Shown: positions 50,326 to 63,508 of the stretch, piece after piece
How the letters are laid out: each line of letters opens with the position of its first letter
Position numbering within the stretch: the stretch's first letter is position 1
NCBI GenBank assembly: GCA_002633005.1
Contig: NMRA01000178.1
Span: 658,062-722,061 of the forward strand
From: Phoronis australis
Lineage: Eukaryota > Animalia > Phoronida
Reading direction: 5' to 3'
Length of the DNA stretch: 64,000 nt
Notes under the pieces: model-generated
Told to the model about the DNA's origin: nothing
Database searches by the model: none
The model's input: the letters and a program-made list of their open reading frames with translations, nothing else
Program-made: the position numbers and the translations under genes

Positions 50326-52298
50326 GGTAATTCGTTAGGCTTGTAGATTCTACCATAATCTGTGCTTGACAATATAGTCTATAGAATAATGACAATCGTC
50401 CTGAAGTTGACGTAAAAACAAAAAGCGTGTGTGGTTATATATGAGTTGATGTATACGGTACACTGCTAATATCGATTTTCTAATGTGTTTGCCACTGTGG
50501 ACAGGGGATAAGTTTTAAATATTGATTAGTTTTTGTTTGCATTCTCGTATTTCGCAGTAATCGTCAATTAGCTTTCAGTCTTTAGAAATCTATCGTTCAA
50601 AATTAAAAATTAATGACAGCAGTTCAAACATATTAAATGTAAGTAGGTACAATACAAAAAAAAACAACTCTTGCGCATTTTGTGACACTGCTCTATATTT
50701 TTCATTGTGAGGTTTTGAGTAAGGTATGGACAAATACAAAAATAACACTTTTATTTGCGTGGATTGCGTTATCATCAGAAGTGAAAAGTTTACTTTGATC
50801 GTGAAGCTCATTTTACTTTTAAACACCATCGGTAGCTGACTGATCCGCCATCAACTTGTATGTCTGATACGCATCTCGTAATGTAAACAAGGGTTATTAT
50901 ATAAGATTGGGGAACAGCATTTTACTCCTTTACAAGAATGTGCGAGAGTGTTTGATGGTAGATCACGGTGTGATGCGCTTTCTTTTTGTTAGGTTTTGCA
51001 TCTGGTACTCTTGGGTTTGTTTTATATTGCTAGTACATGTTCTACATATGACCATTGGTCCAAAGTATATCAAATACCCGATAGTAAATTATCAAGATCG
51101 CTCAAAATTGGACAGGTTCTTGATTGGACAATCATAGGTGAGGTCAACTCGTAGGCGTATGAAGCTGGGGACGACTTTGCACTCCAACAATTTGCAGGCG
51201 TCAGAAACCGTGTTGACTGGCAAAGGCTTAAGGCGGGGCCCGAAAAACTTGTTGCATGCCAGTGCTGAATTTACCCTTGGAGGGTCCTGACCAGGGCATG
51301 TTTGTTAGATGTTGGGGGGGGGGGGGGGGGTTNTACCAGTTCATTTTGTGGGGCCTCGGTTGGAGGGTTTCCTAATGATAGAGTTGACTGCCTCTCATTT
51401 CCTGTATTTTCATAAATTTTACATTTTTTTTATGGTAGGGAGGGCTGTCACTATTTTCCGGTTCTTTCTCGGAAATAGAGCCTTTGCCTCCCTTTGAATC
51501 TGGCACTGTCAACTAATCACGAGGGGATGTAGGAACTGGTCGAAAAAATGACTGTGTGACAGAACATTTCATGTGAAGCACCAAGACATAAAGCCAAACG
51601 TTAAAAACATGAGATTTGATTGAAAAAAACGAAAGCATTAACAGCCATTGAAAGGATGAAAGTTTAAAGAGTCACTACTTTTGAATTACACAAAACCAAC
51701 ACTCTCGATGATTTTGTGACGGTGAAAATAGCGATATCTTCTATCAAAAATTTCATTTGAAGATCGTCATGAGATAATTAACCTTTGTTGATGAAGAAGG
51801 GTATAAAGTGGATTTTTTAGGAGACTCGCACCCGTCGGCTATTGTAAAAGAGTTAAAAGCGGCCCAAATGTATTCCAAATGGCTTCCATCTATGCGGCAC
51901 TTACAAGCTGCCCACTTTACAATGGGCCTGCTCCGGAAGCCAGTGGAGTGAAAACTGTAATGAAATAACGGCATACGAGCCACTTCTTTGGAACCTGAAG
52001 CTAGACGTCATTTGAATATAGTCTTTCACATATAAATCTTGATGGGGGACGGTGTGACCCTACGCTGAGATATCTCATCCACGATCTACCACCCTTCTGT
52101 ATTCTGTGTCACACGTTCAGAGAGGAGATGGTCTAAGAGTACTATTAATGTGCAGTGACTGTTCATGGTCTTGGCTTTAATTGTGCATGCTGGTCTTGTT
52201 GAGTCGAAAAATAATTTAAGATCTAGACGGATAAGAAAGTCTATCTTGGTCAGAAAAAGTGGCTCAGTTATGAACAGCGACGATGGGGTATAAGTTAC

Positions 52299-52515
52299 CT
52301 AAAAATCTAGCACAGTCTCGTCACCACACCACCTAGTGTCCAATAGCTTCGGAAGATGGCTGCTGAGAGGAACCGGAAGTGTTAAGGTACTAATACTTTT
52401 CTGGTTGTGAAAATAAGAAATAATCAATTTGTGCCTTGCTTCGTTGGAATAACGATGAAATATTACCATACTCATTTGCATAAAAATAGACTCGCAAAAC
52501 GAGATTTTCGCGAGA
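52299..52515 (-). promoter_or_regulatory. Candidate promoter and first non-coding exon of the GT32 gene
   Basis: ETS CCGGAAGT (52373), YY1-type AAGATGGC (52353), octamer ATTTGCAT (52474) and TTCGCGAGA (52507). Donor AG|GTAACT at 52298. Putative UTR exon 51954-51905 (donor GTAAGT). Acceptor cttcAG before 50400. Confidence 0.45.
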
Positions 52516-54269
52516 AAGTAACTGGTTCGCGGAGGGTTTTCGGTACACTGGAGGACCCGGTGTTGTTTGTAAATTAGTACTTCATTTGCTTATTAGCAAT
52601 TCATTAAGACTATGCATCTTTAAAAGTAGCTTTAAAGTTGGTTGAAAATTGTTATTAAAACCTAAGAAAATTGCCCAAGAACTGTTGGTCGACAAAATAA
52701 CACCAATATTCATAATGAAAAAGTCGTAGTTGAAAAGGTATAATTTTCCCAAGGTACATGTAACTGTTGATACAAAAAGTTCGTTTTTCGGCATTTGACT
52801 ATTTGATTTGTGACGTCGTGCTATTGCTGACGTACATTGTACGTAATCACTAATTAATCGATTACATAATGGACCTACAGATGGCTACCAGGAAATTAGA
52901 AAATTTGCTTGAAGGTATAACATTGTATTTAGTGGGGTGTGTTAGCTGTATTTCTCGTTGTCTATTGAGAATGGCTGCATTTACGTGGAGCTTCATTAGC
53001 GTCTATGTTTTGTTCGGTAAGGAAGACCATTGTACAAACACCGTCGATGAAAAATGGTTAGCCGAGGTATTGGAGGCTGCCATTGCCCTCAGTGAAGCAG
53101 AGCCTGACATTGGAGTGAAGGAAATCTACTATGGATATATAAATGACTTGCGTTGCTATCAGCGTGAGGTATTATGCCGAAAAGAGGCAAACTGCACAAC
53201 GCACAAACCAAGCACCCCCATCGAGTATTTCGTCAAGTCAGAATGATTTGAACAAGTAATCTCAGAAATTCAGATCTATCAATTGCCCGGCGTCTACAAA
53301 TTACAGCATTTGTGTAAGAAGAGAGTTTGGTTAACGAAAAATTACAAGAAAATTGACACTATAAATACAAATTCTTTACGACGAACAAAGGAGATCGGAA
53401 AGAAAAATGTCTAAATCTAAGGCAAACCGACAAGAAAAATATGAACCAGTGTTGATGTAGTGGGTTTGTCCCAAAGAATTAGTGTGTATATCATGATATC
53501 AAGGGGCGGATGTAAATATTAAAAAATGCGTAATAACATAATTAAGAAATTACCTTATGAATTCAGCCTATACTTCAAAACTAGCATTAGTACTAAAACT
53601 TTCTTAAATCAAAATTTTACGTTTTGCCTCAGAAACGCTGCTAGGATACCTAGTTTTCTCTTACCCATCGATATATGAATAAGGTCGCTGTTTTTTTTTA
53701 CAAAAATGTCAAGTGTTTTGCGTGTTAATTTAATGCCATGAAACCTGAAATACCCGGTAAGTGAATAGTCAAAAATTCTTAACGACGTTTTTGAGACATA
53801 CATAAAGTTTTCATTTCAAAAAAGGTTTAATGAAATCGACTTAGGGCTTATTTTGCTATGTACCTTTCTTGCACAAAAAATTTGAATTAAAAAACTTGGT
53901 CACGTGACAATAATACACAGTAGTAAGAAGACATTTTTAGAATCCTCGATCTTTCTCCTTCCAGAAATTTTTAATTAACTTTCAATAGTTGACAAAGCCC
54001 AGTTTTTTATATTTGACTTAGAGATCAAATCGTGCGTTTAAGACCTAGATAACCTTGAACATTAACAGAACACGACAAATTATATTGCTCTTAGTTAAAA
54101 CTTCTAATATCCAGACACTAATAATTTCTTTTGAGGCACAGGGTTTAGTTGAGACCAACGTTTATTAATTTGGCCACCGCTATGACGACAAATAGGAAAA
54201 GATCCTTTGCCAGCCATTTACACCAAAGTCACAAAACTATGAGAGACTCATTTGATACTGGAAACCTTT

Positions 54270-54356
54270 CAGGGGCGGATCCAGGATTTTGAGTTAGGGG
54301 AGTTTTAGAGGGGGCATGGCTCCCATGCCCCCCCCTCCCTTCTAAATCCCCCACTG
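54270..54356. mobile_element. Family C element (inverted relative to 26229-26394)
   Basis: caggggcggatccaggattttgagttaggggag ... ctaaatcccccactg. Confidence 0.7.
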
Positions 54357-55745
54357 ACTTCAGTCTAACTGTTTCTCGGCTTCTACGAAAAACCAGCTTC
54401 TAATAGAAATCTAGCTTTTGTTACAAACTTTAGAGTATTTGGTGAAGTGATACAAGTGGAAGACAATATCCTCAAGTTATTCACGGTCAGGTATAGATCT
54501 CCCTTCAAATACGAAAGCAGGCTTTAACATTCCATTGGAAAAACTCAATGTGGTAACTGAACGAGTCTGGCGTCGTCTCTGTAACTAAACAAAAGTTTGC
54601 CAAATTTCATCATGATGAAAATAAATCAAGGAACTCTTAAGATATAGAGACAAACGTAAAACACAATTAACACAAGGGACACAGCTGTAGTCCGATTGGT
54701 CTGAACTTCATCGTCGAACACCCTTCAAAGGTTAATGAAATACAGCCGGAGATGCAAAAAAAACAAAATTGCTTGTACACGGGGGGCCAGAATAGTCGAA
54801 AACATCCCCAACCAACGTCAGCCGAGGTGTTCGCATCAGAAACACGTAACCGTCAATTTAATTATTGTCCTTTGAGTGGTTTGGCAACCAGAGTGGCAGA
54901 CTTCAAAAGCCTTCCTCGAAAAAAAATTGAAATGGCCACCAAATGGTGCAGAAAACATCGAATCTCCTCCCGGCGAAAACAGTGGGAAGACGTTGTCGTC
55001 TCCTTAATAGAAACCTAGTGCCGAATTTCATGACCGAAATCTGAGGATACAGAGGGAAACGTAAAAAAATTATCTCGAGGGGGCATAGTGGTATGCAGTG
55101 GATTAGTTCGACATTTCGACGTAGGCCTACGGTCCGTCCTCGCGCGGCTCCATGCCGACATGATGCATCTTTCAAATTTTAGTAAGTCCGGGGCTAGGAT
55201 ATTCGATTGCAGACTCAAAAAAAATCACTGCTAGGAGGTACCGAACACGGTAGAAGGACCCCGGGTTCCGAAACTCTTTACTCGTGGCCGTTTCATCAGT
55301 AATACAGATAAGGATGAAGGACGCACTCGCCGGCAAATAAGGCCGCTGAAAAATTAATGGCCACAACTAAAGACGTGGTGCAAAAATCCGAAATCTATCA
55401 CTCAAAAATGGGAAGGCGTTGTCGTCCCCTTAGTAGCAAGTACCTTTTTTGTCGAATTTCAGAAAATAATATTAATGAAATTTGAAAAAATGAAACGGCA
55501 AACGTAAAAACTTGAACTTGACGAGAGCAGGCCAAGTCTCAATAAGAAGCATTGTGATTTATAGCATGAGCCAACCAAACCCGGAGTGGAAGTTCACGTT
55601 CAGCCATGATGCTGTTTGCACTTTCACAACAGAAAACTGACGACTTAAGCTGGGATGTGCACAATGATCAAAGAAGGGCCCGGGGACCGTGTTACGGCTA
55701 CCACTGGGTCTACTCACACGAAGAACTAAACAGGTTATAAGCTCG

Positions 55746-55821
55746 TCACTAGGGGGCGTTGTTGCGCAACTACCATCGTGCAGCATCATGGGATTGATTT
55801 GTCGTCAAAACAATATGGCGG
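55746..55821 (+). promoter_or_regulatory. Candidate CEP126 promoter: CTCF-like core, X-box-like palindrome, YY1-like motif
   Basis: TCACTAGGGGGCGT (55746), GTTGTTGCGCAAC (55758-55770) and AATATGGCGG (55812). Confidence 0.4.
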
Positions 55822-55939
55822 ACGTCTAGAAATTCCAGAGGAGAGATTCGGGCCATGTCACGAATATTTTTTCAAGGAGTCCAAGACCTGTCTCGCCAAA
55901 AATGAAGATTCTTAGATGTTTTTTAAATAGGTAGTGAAG

Positions 55940-58900
55940 ATGTCTGGCGGTTATTCGTATCCTTTATGATCCTGGAGCTCTTCTTATACCAAAGATGTGA
56001 ATGCCTGCCAGTTTCCATCCTGCTAGAGATTCTTAACTTAACGTCACTTTATTACTAGTTAGGAGTGGGCAGTACATCTTCTTGTCTCAACCACTGTAGG
56101 TCAGTTAGCTCAGAGTTATATTTTGTAGTCAGAGGGCCCAGAGCTATATATAGCCAGTGTGCCGAGAGCTGTATATAGCCAGTGAGACCAGAGCTGTAAA
56201 AGCTTTAAATTATAAAGCAGGTCCGAGAGCACTTTTGTGGGGCAATTTAATTTAAAATTTTGCACTTTATTCATAGCACTGGTGTACACTTCAAAATGTA
56301 AAAACTTCCTGCCGTTAAAGTTGCACATTAATGCGTAATGTGCCAAAAATTTTGGTGAAAATTACTGTGCAACTTAAAACGGGGAGACATACTTATAATG
56401 AAGTACAAATAATTTCATTTAATCATACAAAAGTGTGTTAATTGCCAGGGGAAAGTACTCAGTTACAAAATGTTCTCGTACAGCTCAGGGCTCACTGGTT
56501 ATTACACCTTAGTGTATATTATAGCAGAACACACTTGATGATTTAAATTGACAGGAACCTAGGTATAATGTAGCAAAATGTTGTGATTTTAATCAGCGGT
56601 CCTTTCACATCATCCAATGTGCATCTGACTGCAGCTTAATACATGATTATTTTGCTATGGACATATTTGCTCATTGGCAACTGATCTCTCTTGTGACGTG
56701 TGTGTCAATGTTTCATGTGTTTAAATTCCTTAATGGCCCACCAGTAACAGATACCGAACATCAGACAGAGAGGTCTTTGACTATGCCACTGAACTGAGGC
56801 TACAAGAAAAACATGATGCCATTGCGAGAAACAGGAAGCTTTCTGCAGAGACAAATAAGAGACGGAAGTAAGGAATATTTTTCTGGTGTACTTGTTCATC
56901 GTTTGTTCAGATTTTCACGTAACTTAATTCTACTAATATGAGACATTCTTTACTACAAATCAGTTGAAACTCCCTAGTATTCTAAAGTTGAAGACAACGA
57001 GGGTCGCTTTACTGAATATGTGCCACAAATGGAACATGAACCCTACCTGAAGAAATACCTACGTACAGGTAATCACAAGAGTTCTTCTACAAACCATGAA
57101 TATACCTGCATTCAGGTAACCACAATATCCATTAAAATGTCTTTATTCAGGTAATCACAAAGGTCCTACCTGTAGAAATGTCTAAATTCAGGTAACCGTA
57201 AAGGTCCAGCCTGTAGAAATGCCAACATTCAAGTAGTCACAAGGTTCTCTTGTGACACAAATGCTGATGAATGACTTTGTGCCCTAAAGAGATACTTTTC
57301 GCCGTCCAGTGAATAACAATTTGCCCATTATTGAATGCTTTGCTGGAGTACTTGACATCCTCAGGAATATAACTGTTGCAAGGCATTCATCAAATTATTC
57401 CCGATGATAACAGTGTGGATTCTGGTGTTACTTTTATTGTCGTCAGCCTTGTGCTGCTTAAAATGGCCAACTTAGCCCCTAGCCATCAATGTAGAAAGTT
57501 TTAGGTCAGTCACACTCAATCTTTTCATCTGAGTTTGAGAGTGATCACAGACTGGCATGATACTGGAACAATGGTCTCGTCCAGTGGCAAGAACGCATCT
57601 GCCTTCTGTTGGCTTGGAAAGAATTAAGTTCATTGATGCTGGAGAGTATGCATGATGAAGTGACATCATAGGCTCGTTGTTTTTGTCAGGAAATTTGCGG
57701 ACTCATATGCTGAATGCTATGGGTTACGGGCTGTTATTGTGGTACTTGAATGGACACATCATGCTTTTGTATTTCTGACCAGGATACTGGCAAATAAACG
57801 GAAAGTTGAAGCTCAGCGAGAGGAGAAACGCAGACAGGAAATACTGTCCAAGAGAAGGGAGCAGCAGAAATTTGCCACAGAACGCTTCCAGCGAAGTCAT
57901 GTGACTAAGAAGAAACAGGACATTTTCTACACTGGTAGGCATATGTTTGTTAATGGGTGGTCTGGCAAGTGCAAAGTGCCTTGGAAAAGTGAAACTGCTG
58001 TTTTTTTTTTTAAATATTTATGAGATTCGATTGGCTGATTTATAATCTCTTCTATTGCAACATTCTTGTATGGATTTGATGCAGTGGGATATTTTCCAAA
58101 TATTTCTTTCCTTGTGGCCCTCATGCCATCAATTCTGCCACTGCTGTGCAATGGGATATTAAAAAGTCACACAAAAATGTCCAAAATCACAAAACTTCCA
58201 TGAATGAAAGGAAAATTTGCAATTTGTACTTGTCCACTCCCTCTTGCAGACCAGACCTTGAAGAAGAGTCGAGTGAAATTAACTCTTGTGCATTCATAAT
58301 GCTAGTGTTGTGTATAGACTGTTTGCTATTAAAGGTGTATTGAGTCCTGTTTAAGTTTAATATCTCTTACCTTGGGACATCCTGTTTCACGCAGTGTTGG
58401 AGTGTCGAATGTGGTGATTTAATTTTTTGCAATCTGTCACACATAATCGAGTTTCTGTCTGTGCACGTTTTCTTAATTTGCACGGTGGTCGAGTTAAATG
58501 TTTCTAAAGAAACATTTTAGTTAGTTGATGTGCTTTTTTCGTGCTGTGTTTTAGATTCGATTCCAAGGCGTGCGGTAAATCTCGAGCCCACCCCCGCTTT
58601 AGAGGATGCCCTTCATGCTGTCAGAGGGAGTGGTCACACACGTCAGAACAGCCAAGAATCAAACCCCTGCAACAACACAGTGGTACCAACAGACAATCCC
58701 ACCAATAAGCTTTATTATCACAAGTACGGCGCATACATTCCACAGCGGACTCCGGACAGAACCAAGCAGCATATGAAGGAGATCGCGGACAGGACTGAAC
58801 TGCACTATAGAAGCCTTAGTAACCTTAGCAACAGTCGGAGTTTGTTTGAGAAGCAGTTGCAGCAATCTCAGCAACAGTTAGTGGTCCAGCATCAGCGTGC

Positions 58901-61900
58901 ACTGGATGATCTGTCTGCTGCTGCTACACTAGGCACTGAGGAGGAACAGTATGAAGAGTTCAAGGGGAGCAATGAGAGCTTGTGTAGTGCTGATAGCTTG
59001 GATAGTGGAAAGGATAGTGTGGAGGAGAGGCTGGTGAGTGAACCAGCTGAGACTTACAGGGCAAATGACGCGGAGCATTGTGCCGCGCGTAATGACAATG
59101 ATGTCCTGTTGGAGGATGCTAATGATAGTGTGTCTGATATCTTAGAGGAGGTGACACCTAGTGTAAAGACGGGCATAAATACATCGAATACAAACGGTAA
59201 TTGTAATAGTAAAATGGGAGCGTATTGTGTTAATAAACAGCAGACTACTGAGGCTGGGTTGGAGAGTAGGCAGGCTGGGTCAGCCAATGTACTCAGTAGA
59301 AGGACTCAGATGCAGAGTAATAGTGTTATGTCTGATGGCAGCCGCTCCCAGCTGAAGACTGTTGATAACCTGGCTTTGAAGGCCGTCAATAGAGACGTGG
59401 GAGTCAAACCAACAAACAAAGCATGGTCAACGCCACCACCAGATGTTATTCCGTCCCAAAAACTAAAAGGTACACTGAAAAAGTCTACCCCTGTGATAAA
59501 CAATGCAAGAACTGTGGCAACAGCCATAACTGAGGCAAATGTTATGAACAAGCTCATCAATGGTGCAGTGGTGCCCTCTGATGATAGTCCCGGTGCTGTT
59601 GATTTTAGGTCTTCGTACACAATTAGTTCTAAATGTGAGCCGGTTGCTTCACATCACTGGACGAGCCAGGTCACATCTCTAGCCAGCCCCCTGCACAAGG
59701 TGAGCTCAGAACCAGTCATTTGTGCTCACCCAGAGGACAAGGATGAAGATGAGAGTTCTTCCACACAAAGTGCCCCTGAACAAGAACTTAAAGGTATACT
59801 GAAGCGGCCTCAACCAAGCGAGCGACGTACCGTGTTCACACGACAGGGTTCTATGAGTTCCCCAAACATCCGGGACAGCATTGAAGTGACCAAGGAACAC
59901 CAGCACGGAAAGCCGGTTTGTTATTTTGTCGTATAATTGTTTCCTTATTCAATTAGTTGTAGATTGTTTAGAGCATTTCTGTGAAACATGGCGGGGTTTA
60001 TTTATTGTGAAAAGTAGTCTATCGTACCTATGAATCAAACCACACATAAGTCATCTTCATTGTGGAGAACATTTAGCACACATATCCAAAATGAACGATG
60101 ATCGGGCTAAATAGTTGAAAATGAAGCTGGTCAAAAGTTGGGTCAAATTGAATGCTTGTATGACCTAATTTGGTAAAATGTTTCCCTTTCTTGTTGAAGT
60201 TCATGTAACAACTAGATCTGATATACTTATTACTTCAGTGATGACATTTGGACTGTGTTCTTAATGCCAACACGAACAGTGTATCTCCTCTGCATGCTCA
60301 CTGGCTCTTATCATAAGTCACATGCATGGTTAATTGTTGGCCTTGTTGCAAGGTGCAATTCTAAAAAGGCTTGTTTAATCCAACACCAGGCTAGCAACAT
60401 TCATGATCACATTATCATCATATTCCAGAAATTTATTTTGCTCATAGATCGTGAGAGTGGACATTTCAGCTTTAAGAAGGTCATATTATTAATTGGAAAT
60501 TTGACTTTTTTGTGTAGGAAGTAACCCTCCGTGTCTGACATATAAATACAAATGGTCGGGAATGTAAGTGCTAGCAAAGTACTTGGTTTAAATATAATCC
60601 CACTATTCTTCTAATTCACCACACAAAGGGTTTGTCATTTACGCTCTTAATGCTCTTCAGGTGCGTCACAAGAAGTCGGTCAGGTTTGCTGACAATCATC
60701 ACGAGAGGTTCATAGAGTCTGACCTTACCTTGGGACAGATGGAGACTAAGAAACCTCCCATTGTCTCCATTCCAGCTGCTGTTCCTCGACCAACACCCCC
60801 ACGGATGACAACTCAACAGACCCCTGTCGTAAATAAAAAACCACCTCGACCAGTTTCAGCAAAGGTTTTTGTTACTTATTTTTGAGACAATCTTTGTTAT
60901 TCACTTGTTAATGACGTGGCTAGACATATGGAAGTTGCTTTTAATAGACAATGGAATTTTCATTCACTTAATTTCTTAAATAGTTTTAGGTTTCATATCA
61001 AACTCTATGTGCATGGCTTAGGCTTTAAGTAATGTCTAAATGCAAGTCAAATTCCTACACTGTTTATTTCTTCTCACAGGTTATTTTAGCAAAGCGATCT
61101 CTGGTCAAATTGATCAAGATCATTGCATATGTGCGGAGTCAGGTCATCCTCTGTTGTATTACAGGTAGCTACGGACACTAGAGAGGCGACATCCAGACCT
61201 GCCAGGTCGGCTAGTGCTGGCACTGTCAGGCCAGGACCAATGTTAAAACCCAAAGCTGGGTCACCAAAGACCACACAGAGGACTGTGTATGCAGGAGAGG
61301 AGGAGGAGGCGGAGCATACAGAGGTCAAAGTTCAGCAAAATGGCAGTCAGCCTATGTACAATGATAGAGGCCTGAGGTTAGATAAGACACCAACTGACGA
61401 TGAAATTAATTGGCTGTGGGAGAAAGTGAGGACGTGTCTCAATCGGTCAACATCGAGCACGTCAGGGGATGGTGACTCTCAGCCAATCCGAACTCACCCT
61501 GCGCAGGCGCATTCCAATCAAATATCTGCCAACTTCACAGATAATAGTCATCTCAATATGAATGGAACATTTCCTCGGCGACGGTTGCCTAGTGATAATG
61601 CCCACAGTAATGGTTCCTACGTCCAGAGGCGACAGGCTGCGGGTCAGGGTAATGCTGGCCAGTTACGCCCTACTCAAGGCTCTCACAGACCACAACACAG
61701 TCACCATGAGCCTATGATGTCACACAACCATGATGGTAGGTGTATTGTGTCAATACATGGCTCACTTTTCTGTTCAGTCAACTCAACATTATTTAGATGA
61801 TTAAGATGAGCTCAGGCGATGACCTCAGGTGGTGACCTCAGGTGGTGACCTAAGGTGGTGATAACCTCAGGCAGTGACCTGTGGTAATGACCTCAGAAGG

Positions 61901-63335
61901 TGTCCTCAGGAGATGTCACTGTTGACACTCATTACTGTGTCATTCTGCTGTAGGACTGAGATTGATGTGTTACGTATGCTGATTATGTAAACCCAAGTCC
62001 CATGGTATGGAACAATTTACAGTAAAGCGGCTAGCCATAAATATTGCCCAACTCAGTATTTTGTGTAAGTCAGTTCCCAGCAGTTCAGGAGTATTCGAGT
62101 TAGTGGTAAATAATTTTTAACAGTCTCAACCTTTCATAATGCATGCAGTTGAAATTCATGATTAGACTGATATTTTCTAATCTCATTACTTGTATGTTTC
62201 TACCTTGTTGTGTTACTTGCAGTCAGTGAAAGTATGGCCGCCTTCTTGACTGCAGAGGCAATGGCACAGAAATCTGCCTCAGAGGCTGAGATCCAGCAGG
62301 CCATGGATGCTGCTCAAAACAGACAACAAGCTCAGTTAGCAGGACGACCTTCATACCATGGTATGGTGGTAGGGGACACTAGCCTGTGATAAGCTCTTGT
62401 TTGCTTACTGGGCATTCTTATTTCTTCAGGCATTCTTTGGTTGTGTCTACAATGCCGTGTTTTGTTTGAACCACACTCCTCAGTCTGCGCATGTCATGGC
62501 ACAAGCTGAAAAAATGTCGCCACAAGTGGTTGAGGCTCTTCTAAGCACGGTTTTCTGCAAAAACCTGACTCGTTTTTGAAAGAAAATTTGATTGGCTAAA
62601 CAGCCTAATGTGCCGTGAGAACTGTCTCTGCCATCATAGTTTGTATTTTAATGTATTGCATGAGATGCTACAAATCTACTTTTTATCAGGTCTCTGAATG
62701 ATTCTTGCTGTTTGGAATATGAATAGCACAAACTGCAAAGTACATATCAATAACCTATAATGATCATCACATATGGTCTTAGCTGTTGCTTAAATTGGCT
62801 TGCATATCATGAGTATGTACAAACGTGGTAACGCACAGTAACCATCATGAACGTCATATAACTACATTATTACTTAGCTTCATTCCATACTGAGTTGTTG
62901 TCCTTTGTTGCAGTGCCATCAGCCTTGTCTATTGAAGAGCAGAGACTCATGCAGTCTTTAGATAGACTCAACGAAAGGTTACGAGGTATGTTAAACTTCA
63001 AAATCTTACTTTGGGATTGCTTGACATTCAGATTGCTTCACTTGTCGACTGCATGCCATATTTTGAATGTTTTGGCACTACATATTACATATATAAGGAT
63101 TCTGCATTTGTGCTTTAAGATTTTTTTCTTCAACGTTATGTAGAATGTGTGCAGTTCACTAGACAATTATGCATTGCTTATTGTGTTTGAATACTTTTTA
63201 CACGGCACAGTCATGTACTTAATAACCCACTTGCCTCAATTTCAAGTGGACAGCAAGTTCAGCATATAATAATGTGTTTTTATTATTTCAGTTACAGATA
63301 TTACTTCTGGTAATCAGCCCTTGGGAACTCCATAT
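55940..63335 (+). CDS. CEP126: Centrosomal protein CEP126 (KIAA1377) orthologue, 3'-incomplete
   Basis: Exons 55940-55956, 56751(or 56745)-56867, 57783-57934, 58555-59915, 60661-60864, 61165-61735, 62223-62360, 62914-62985 and 63292-63335, all phase-consistent; the gene continues beyond the window. Conserved CEP126 blocks: 'RKLSAETNKRRK..REEKRRQEILSKRR..ATERFQRSH', 'KGILK', 'IRDSIE', 'KKSVRF', 'LDKTPTDDEINWLW', 'VSESMAAFLTAE' and 'SALSIEEQRLMQSLDRLNERL'. Confidence 0.85.
57066..57245. repeat. Degenerate ~35-47-bp tandem repeat (5 units, most starting CAGGTAA)
   Basis: caggtaatcacaa / caggtaaccacaa / caggtaatcacaa / caggtaaccgtaa / caagtagtcacaa. Confidence 0.75.
61811..61912. repeat. 13-bp tandem repeat (GACCTCAGGTGGT)n
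   Basis: Directly visible units that decay towards the 3' end. Confidence 0.85.
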
Positions 63336-63356
63336 GTAAGTTAATATCGAAAGCCA

Positions 63357-63508
63357 GGTAGAGTTCAGTAATGCCAGGTTCTACTTTGGCACCTCGCTAA
63401 AAAGCAAGACTTAGTGAGATTACGACAGATATTGCCATGTAGTTCAAATGACAATACATAATTTTGGCTAGATTTTTCTAGCCTCGAGACAGCTGCTGAA
63501 CTCTACCC
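63357..63508. mobile_element. MITE family B diverged copy
   Basis: ggtagagttcag ... acctcgctaaaaagcaagactt..gagattacg..agatattgcc...ttggctagattt... ctgaactctacc, with TIR ggtagagttcag/ctgaactctacc. Confidence 0.75.
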
